Below are positions 56,437-64,000 of a DNA stretch of 64,000 nt, piece after piece. Location of the stretch: the NCBI GenBank assembly GCA_024346625.1, contig AP024666.1:558001-622000 (forward strand). The letters run 5' to 3'. The stretch comes from Williopsis jadinii. Taxonomy: Eukaryota. The translations under genes and the position numbers were made by a program. Position 1 is the stretch's first letter; each line of letters opens with the position of its first letter. The notes beneath the pieces were generated by a model. It saw only the letters and a list, made by a program, of their open reading frames with translations, made no database searches and was not told the DNA's origin.

Positions 56437-58467
56437 TCACATATACGACGAACGGTTGTAGTAACGAGCGACTGGTAAATCTTTCTCGGAATACACACTC
56501 GTGTCTTCGCCTTCTTTTATTCCTTTGAACTCCTTCTTGTGTATCTCATATAAATCCTTAAATGTGGCCCACTCCTCTAAAATATTAGAGTCGTTACAGG
56601 CACCAAACAAGGTCAAGTTCCCATCACTGTCGAATCTGGACTCTGTAGGAGGAACCGCTTCGTTCTCACAAATCTCATTTGGAACCCAGACCCCAATATC
56701 GCTTTGCCAGTTGTGACCGTAATTGTTTGTAGACTCCATGGAATCTTTACCGTATTTAAACCACATAATACTCTCATAGTCATGTGGAACATAAGCCTGG
56801 CCTCCTTCGTATAATGTACGTCTCAGAGGGAACAGCTGCTTATGAGAAAACCAGTTGTAGTGCTTGCAATGGTATATAGTACTACGGTCTTCACGTTTAA
56901 ACTCGTCTGGCGGTTCCCTTTCATTCGAATTCCAAAGTGCAGAAACGTCGATGTAGAATCCTGTTTTAAGGTCAATGTAACGAGCATCGATGAATTGGGT
57001 ATCCTTCTGTTGATAGAAGTACGGCGTTGTTGCAAACCAAAAGACATTATCCCCAAGTTCTGGATTTTCAATGACCAACGATCCGTTGAACCTTTCACTC
57101 AGAATCACCAGATCCTGGAAGGGCATGACAACATCAACATCGGTGTCCCAGGGTAAATTACGCGAATGACGATACCAACCAATGAGATTACCGTACCCAA
57201 ACCAAGAAACAGCACCCGCAAATTCACTAAGTTTGAACCATGATCTAACGAAATGGTGAATTGACATTATACGCTCTCTAGAATCCACCAACTGTTTGCA
57301 CCACGGGAATGTATAATGATGCCAACGAGCCTCTTTGTCAAACCCTTGATTGGGGAAATCCCAGTGAAACTTTTCAGCATCGCCTACTTTATCATGAGAG
57401 AACTCCAAAAATTCCAAAGTTTCCTTCTCTCCTTCGTTGAGCTTTCCACTATCTGATAACTCCTTCAGAATTTCCTTGGTATCAGGTCTCTTGAAATTCC
57501 TTCCTGAGACTTCAATTTGCTTTTGAAGAGTTATCGTATCGGTGTTTAAATTCTTTGACTTGAAAATTTCCCGCATCTTTTCTGGGAAATTAGACAAGTC
57601 GCTTGGGGCCTTTTTGGCAAAATCATGGATTTGCAAGGCTGAAACCTCATCACTGTTGTAGTATAACGAGGCAAACCCCTCCACGGTGCGCGGCGTCTCG
57701 GCCATTGCATTTTCAAGAGGCCATGAAAAGTAGTGGAAATCGGTTTCGAAAACAAGCTGCTTAGGGGGTGGGACGTAATAGTGGACGAAAATTGCAGCAC
57801 AAATACCAATGTCTTCAAGCTGTTCGAAAATCTTCAATCTCTCCTTTGCATAGAGGTTTGGATCCTGTCTATCTGAGCCATCGAATATTTGTGCTTTGCA
57901 CCGCTCTTGCACAACCTTGGCCAACTCACTGGGATCGTTATCATACTCCGCTAATAAAGAATCATACGCATCAATAAAGGCGTTTGCTGGTGATGTGTCG
58001 ATCCAATCAGCCCAATGGAAAGAGAGTTTGTGTTCTTTAAGATACTTTTCAGGGTTATCCTCCTTTTCGTAAACCTGTAGTAATTTATTCCAGTGTGCTA
58101 TTGACGATATGTTGGAATTGAACTGGTTAAACTTTCTGTTCTTACCTACAAACACCTTGGGTTTGGATGTCACTCTGAACTTGTTGAGAAATCCACTCGT
58201 TTGGAAGAGTTGCGGATCCAATTTGAAAAAAACATCTAAAGCCTTAGAGGCCTCGATATATTGGGGATAATTTGACGCCGTAAGGATTGTAGATGAGAGT
58301 AAGTAATTGGAGCAAAGAAATATGAGTGCAATCAGGAAGGACAACTTGGACTTGAAAAACGCATTCTGTTGAGGCGAAGTAGGGGACCGGGTTTTTGATC
58401 CATATAATGGACCGAATCGAAAAATCCTTCTAACCCCACCGTTAAGTATTTTCGTCAATCTCACCAT
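56437..58467 (-). CDS. LicD/fukutin-family type II membrane protein (MNN4/MNN14-like, mannosylphosphorylation)
   Basis: N-terminal TM anchor, FHWADWID, WFGYGNLIGWY...LPWDTDVDV, FIDARYIDLKTGFYIDVS, LFPLRRTLYEG; first ATG at 58467. Confidence 0.9.
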   Translation of the reverse strand: MVRLTKILNGGVRRIFRFGPLYGSKTRSPTSPQQNAFFKSKLSFLIALIFLCSNYLLSSTILTASNYPQYIEASKALDVFFKLDPQLFQTSGFLNKFRVTSKPKVFVGKNRKFNQFNSNISSIAHWNKLLQVYEKEDNPEKYLKEHKLSFHWADWIDTSPANAFIDAYDSLLAEYDNDPSELAKVVQERCKAQIFDGSDRQDPNLYAKERLKIFEQLEDIGICAAIFVHYYVPPPKQLVFETDFHYFSWPLENAMAETPRTVEGFASLYYNSDEVSALQIHDFAKKAPSDLSNFPEKMREIFKSKNLNTDTITLQKQIEVSGRNFKRPDTKEILKELSDSGKLNEGEKETLEFLEFSHDKVGDAEKFHWDFPNQGFDKEARWHHYTFPWCKQLVDSRERIMSIHHFVRSWFKLSEFAGAVSWFGYGNLIGWYRHSRNLPWDTDVDVVMPFQDLVILSERFNGSLVIENPELGDNVFWFATTPYFYQQKDTQFIDARYIDLKTGFYIDVSALWNSNEREPPDEFKREDRSTIYHCKHYNWFSHKQLFPLRRTLYEGGQAYVPHDYESIMWFKYGKDSMESTNNYGHNWQSDIGVWVPNEICENEAVPPTESRFDSDGNLTLFGACNDSNILEEWATFKDLYEIHKKEFKGIKEGEDTSVYSEKDLPVARYYNRSSYM

Positions 58468-61400
58468 CCTTTTCAACTAATCAAGGTTCTAACGGTTACG
58501 GTATCTTCCCTGGTCGAAAAGTTAGAAGGGTATTCACACCGGTACATGTAAAAAGTTGAATTTCCATGATATGTAAAAAGCGAAATGCAGCAAGAAGCTG
58601 TTCAAGCCGTCCATGACTCCCAATTGAAAAATAACACCCCGGCGACGCATTGTTCATATGCAAAAGCTCCCATCGGCTAATGTTGGGCAAGAATTTGGAT
58701 TGCCGGACAAAGCAGCTTTCGCATATGTGCTCAACCCACTCTCCAAAATTATGGGAAACTAATCCGTATTATCCCTTATGATATCACATTTACCTTGATA
58801 TTCACTGGAAGATTGTAGTTTTGGAACGGTCACTTCAAAAATTTGATAAACTTCCCAGTTCTGAGAATTTTAACATCCGTTTTTGAAACACGCGGACGCG
58901 TGAGGTTTTCACAAAGTCTCGGGAACACCAGGACATGATTAATTGTTGGTTGACCAAGCAAGGAAGAAGGCATAGCCTTGATTAGTTGAAAAGTAACTGA
59001 AAAATAAAAAGCCATAACATGGTCTTCGTTAATATATTAGTTTATGAAGTCACAAGTTGATGAAAGACAGTTAAGGAATTGCCAGTGATTTATCTGACCT
59101 AAGGCTAGGTCCAAATCTCTATCGCACCTCCGTTATCGTACTCAACCTGGGCTGCGCGACTTGTCTGGTAAAGGCACAAACGCAGAAAACGGGAAACCAC
59201 CCCCTTACATAGATCCTCAACATTCATAGAACTCCGTATTTGCAGATTTTCTCCTAATGTATAGGAAGTACATGATGCACTAGTAAAAGTGCTATTACCC
59301 GTATTGCTTAAACGAAATTGTGAAAAGTCAGAGATGAAACCTAAATTCACAAAGTAGAAAGATTGAACCCTTATTAATTACTCTAACATACAATTTTCAG
59401 TCGCATACTAGCTGTATTTGGGTTTGTGCACATGAAATAAGATACAGACCGATAAATAAAAACGGTGTAGTTATATAACTTAGAAACTAGTTAAAAGGTA
59501 ACACGGTAGAGACTAAGGTGTTTTCAATCCAATGAACCAAGGCTGACTTCATTAGGGGTACTAATGGTGAAGTTGTAGTAAATGCTTACCGCCATACATA
59601 GGAGTTATGCCAGATGGCAGTGATCCCCTTAACCACTTCCCAAAACCATGATACGCTTGCTTCTACACGTGAAATAGTGCAGATTAACAATAATTCAATG
59701 ATTGAGCATATTAGTTGTTAATTGTGCTCTATTCCTGATACGAATATCTCGGACTGCTTTATATGTCAAGTGGGGGAAAACCATTCGCTCACAGCGGACT
59801 GCACATGAGTCCATCAAGAGCTACCAATCTCGAAATAATCATGACTCAGAGGGCTCCACTGGATAAGAAAATTGGTAAAGCAATAACCGATAAAGTTATC
59901 TAGCATTTGAAAACCTCTCTAACTGCTTGATCACTTAGCCAATACGAGGAAATATCTAGAGAGGAGCTAGATAACCTGGGGATTGTACATTAAAAGGGGA
60001 ACGAAACGTTATAGACCCCGGCGGGGTTTCCTTACAACTACATATGACTTTTCACATATCGGCTTTTAATCAATACGTGCATAAAACCTAGTAAGGTACG
60101 CATGATAACCTTACGTATTTGATTCTAGTAAGAGAATCAAGATTCAAATGCACATTCTATTAGATCTTTCAAGGTATGCAATGCATTGTCGAAACGGTTG
60201 GTAATAAGTGGGGATGCGGGAATTACCAATTCCAAGTACTCGAAAAGTACTGTGGCACTACCTTCGAGAAGAATGAGGTTCTTTAGCAATATGGACACCA
60301 TGAATTTCATGAAGGAATACACCCAATATACTTTGCTAGTAAAAAAATCTTAAGATCGGCAACATTGCTCCTGCTTAAATAAAAGCTTTGGTCTAGTTAT
60401 CCTCAACATGTGGCTGATTGTTTTGGCTGTGTAGCTTTCATTAAGAAACATATAGCGGCAGAGGATGGGGTTATTTCTACCATGGATGGGGTCATTAAGA
60501 ATATTGGCTGTTTGGAAGGGAAGGGGATACGTTCAAGAAGAACGTAGTTCTTATGCTATTAATATCCGTTCAGGTCCTCGGTCATTTTAATCCTTGTTCA
60601 CGGCTTTCAGGTCTGAGTTACCCAACAAGAAGTTTTCTAAAGATCATAACATTGACACACTTTTGAAGAATTTCATCATAGTAGTTGCTCAAAGAGGACG
60701 ATGTATTTTACATATCTTTAAAGTGAAAACTGGACATTATGTGTTATCGGTTTTTTATAATGCTCTATTGACTCACATCTTCATTAAAATACTAGGTGGA
60801 AGAACTATATGGTTCAGACGATAGTCTTATTTATAGTTGAACAGTCAACCTGTTATGATTATCATGGTGCTTGAAATTGGAATCATTAGACAGGTTCATC
60901 CTATAGTTAGTACTTCTTCAACACGTAAAGATCACGTCGTGCTTGAGTATCCAACTGGAACTGTGGTTGACCTATTTGACATGGTATTAATTGACAAGTT
61001 GTAATCTCTTAACCACAAGTTGGACCTTGTTGATGTTCTGGATAATGAACATGACCAAACCACTATGCCTACCTTGTAGAAGTACAAGCAGTATATATCA
61101 CAAGTTTGTCGTCAAGACTTGGAACTGAAGATCTCAGAATCAGCGAAATCGTAAAAATCAATTACCTGCCGCTGTCTTGCATATTCAGATCAGAAATAAC
61201 GTAAAACACTTGCTGGACTTGTGAAGGTGGCTTCAAATTCAACTGAACCATCTCCATCCCGACTTCATACATGACAGATGAACATCAATGGGAGGACAAA
61301 TTTTGAAATTTAGGATGAGATTTGGACAAGAAATTGTCGAACGGTTGAAAGCCAAGCGGGCATAGCCGTTCCCCTCTCCAACAGCCGAATTAAGGTTTCA

Positions 61401-62887
61401 TTTTGGGGCCGGACCATTTTTGACACTTCATCAATTTTCCCGCAAGAATAACAAAACTCCGGTATCTGTTTTATTTTTCACATGCAATCGCCGCTACAGA
61501 ACCCCATCGTTCGGCATTCAGAGTTAGTAAAATATCTATACAAGGTGCTCTTACTAACTTCACGTTGTGTATTCTGAGATACCACACTAGAATCACTAAT
61601 GGTGGGGCGTCGTTAATCAGGCAGATTTGAAGTGGCACTTGACAAAAACAGCTGTCAAGCAAGAGTATTCATGAAGAGTTCAACTGAAACTGTTTGAATT
61701 TTTAAGGTCGCCGGCTCTCGGATAAAAGATCCAGATTAGTTAATCATCAGATTCTGATCTCAACCACTATCTCTCAAAACCTGACGTGGAATCAGCTGTT
61801 TTCTTATCAGTTTAAGATCTAGCCTCAGTAGCAAATTTACTGAATGAGCTATTTCCAACGACTACATTATACGGCACAAGGTCATGTGGCCCCAATTCAT
61901 TTCATCATTCTGCTATCCCGTAAGAATAATACCACTGGTCTTCTGGAATTGTGTAATGCATCAGGAATAATTTGAAAATTTGTTCACCAATGCCTTCAGA
62001 GTTTTCTTGATTTCAGCTCATTCGCTAGATTATTGCAATGTTTTTTATATCACTGTTAACCAAGAATCCCCCACCCCACCAGATATTATCCAAAGATATT
62101 CCACCCTTCAACAAACCATTTGGGAAAGTAGACGTGAAAGCGAACAATGAAATACTAGAACCGCTGTAGCTCTTACTAACGCTGTCGATGAAAGAAAAAA
62201 ACACTATGGGGAATTGTGGAGCTGACGAAACGAGCACACCTATCTAGATTTATGATTAAAGGCACGTCTGTATAAAACTAACATTAGTTCTCAACGCATC
62301 TCAATTTGTAGTTGCAAATACTAGAATAGAGGTATCAAAAATAAGTACATGAACTACATGAGTGTCATCTAATTTGTGGATTTTTCCTGAATTATGATTT
62401 GGCAACGTTCATCTTAGGTTATAATTAAGGTACGACAGTGGTCACTAAGTCAGGTCGTAATGCATATGTCTTCATGCATGTCTCAGTTGCAAAGTTGTCT
62501 ACCGGACCCTTGAAAAAACATGTTTCAAACTATAGAAGTACTAGCTTGTCTATCAACCAGTCCGATGGAACCAGATCTGTTTTATAACTAGTTGTGGTGA
62601 TGCACCCGTTCTGATTCTATAGCATACGAAAATGAATAGGGTACCTTCAAATGGGATGAAAACCCAAATCTTCATAAGAACAATTCATGCAATGTCAAAT
62701 GTCAGATGTATGCTGTACTCGCATTCAAACCTAAGCTCCTCATTTCTCACTCATATAAAGGAGTTCTTTGCACGAGTTATGGAAGATCGACAATTGGTTG
62801 TAAAGCATACTGTGGACGTTTGATAATTTCTCCCCAGCTGCAAGATATACAGATCAAATGTGATCATTCATGACTCCCACATTGTGT

Positions 62888-64000
62888 TTACATATATTTT
62901 GTTCGATCGAAATAACGAGCAACAGGCAAATCTTCTTTCGATAATTCAGAGGCATCTTCGCCTTTCTCTAGAAGCTTCTGTTCCTTATTATGAATTGTGT
63001 ACAAGTCTCTGAATCTGGACCATTCTTCCAATATGTTGGTATCATTACAGGCACCCGTAAGAGTCAACTCCCCATTTTTATCAAATCTTTTCTCTTTTGC
63101 AGGGACCGTTTGTTCATCACAAATCTCATTTGGGACCCAAACTCCAATATCGGGTTGCCAATTATGACCAAAGTTGTTTGTGGCTGTCATTGACTTTTCA
63201 CCATATTTCGCCAAAAGGATGGCTTTATAGTCATTCGGTGCATAAGCCTGTGCACCTTCGTACAATGTGCGTCTTAGTGGGAATAACTCTCTGTGGGAAA
63301 ACCAATTGTAATTTTTACAATGATAAATAGTCTCAGGTGCCTCGTTCTTGAATCTATCAGGGATATCTCTATCATTGTCATTCCAAAGACAGGATATATC
63401 AATATATATGCCCGTTCTTACGTCAATATAACGAGCATCAATCATTTGGTTGTCCCTATGCTGATAGAAATATGGTGTTGTTTGGAAATAGAACAAGTTG
63501 TGACCATTCTCTGGGTTTTCAACAACTAACGATGCATTGAACTTCTTTGACATTTTGGAAAGATCTTTGATGGACATAACTACATCAATGTCAGGATCCC
63601 ATGGTAGGTTACGAGAGTGACGATACCAACCAATCAAATTACCGTACCCAAACCATGAGACAACACCAGCATATTCTGTAAATTTGAACCACGATCTCCC
63701 CAAATGATGTACCATTGTGCTACGTTCCTTGGAAAGAATCATCTGTTTCACAAATGGAAATGTATAGTGATGAAATTCATCAATTTTATCGTACCCGAAG
63801 AATGGGAACAGCCAATAAAACCTGTGGGCATTTGGTAATTCGGCCTTTGAGTATTTCACAAAGTCCAATTCTCGTTGCTGTTCTTCGGTCAGAGATTTCT
63901 GACTTTCAAGGTCTTTAATGATTTGATCAACATTGGGTTTGTCAAAATGGTTCTTTGGAACATCTATGTATTCCTTTAATGAAATCTTCTTGATTTCTTT
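62888..64000 (-). CDS. Second LicD/MNN4-like paralogue, 5' part beyond the window
   Basis: Frame is open to 64000; shares SWFGYGNLIGWYRHSRNLPWD, LFPLRRTLYEG, GHNWQ.DIGVWVPNEIC and DLPVARY with 56437-58467. Confidence 0.92.
   Translation of the reverse strand, partial: KEIKKISLKEYIDVPKNHFDKPNVDQIIKDLESQKSLTEEQQRELDFVKYSKAELPNAHRFYWLFPFFGYDKIDEFHHYTFPFVKQMILSKERSTMVHHLGRSWFKFTEYAGVVSWFGYGNLIGWYRHSRNLPWDPDIDVVMSIKDLSKMSKKFNASLVVENPENGHNLFYFQTTPYFYQHRDNQMIDARYIDVRTGIYIDISCLWNDNDRDIPDRFKNEAPETIYHCKNYNWFSHRELFPLRRTLYEGAQAYAPNDYKAILLAKYGEKSMTATNNFGHNWQPDIGVWVPNEICDEQTVPAKEKRFDKNGELTLTGACNDTNILEEWSRFRDLYTIHNKEQKLLEKGEDASELSKEDLPVARYFDRTKYM

Noticed and set aside
58681..59222. TGTTG...CAACA as a solo LTR
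   Set aside because: No target-site duplication and no second copy in the window.
1..64000. tRNA, rRNA, snRNA genes and CRISPR arrays
   Set aside because: None recognised by eye (GTTCGA hits lack cloverleaf context); snoRNAs cannot be excluded without a covariance search.

Overview
Gene-dense budding-yeast (Saccharomycotina) chromosomal DNA, judged from short GTATGT..TACTAAC..YAG introns and clear S. cerevisiae orthologues; the species cannot be fixed from sequence alone. About 30 ordinary genes are recognisable: NTH1 (partial), YRB1, RER2, COQ1, COX12, RIX7, GRC3, ALD2/3, SEC72, SHM2, AGX1, a DNAJC9-like J-protein, JLP2, DER1, pirin, ALD6, NPY1, SOK1, PRP5, ABD1, VHC1, SRO9/SLF1 and two LicD/MNN4-like paralogues. 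Two mobile-element relics stand out and are not obvious from the ORF track. (1) At ~30.3-31.15 kb is a decayed Fanzor/TnpB RNA-guided nuclease gene (zinc ribbon plus RuvC-III, frameshifted, with an internal stop). It is followed by a ~200-nt strongly base-paired region where an omegaRNA would lie and preceded by short tandem repeats resembling a transposon left end. (2) At ~52.3-54.4 kb is a truncated Helitron Rep/helicase gene with a probable intron and a long terminal hairpin. It sits next to a disabled orphan gene, and the pair is bracketed by a diverged ~520-bp direct repeat. All family assignments come from motif recognition by eye, not database searches.
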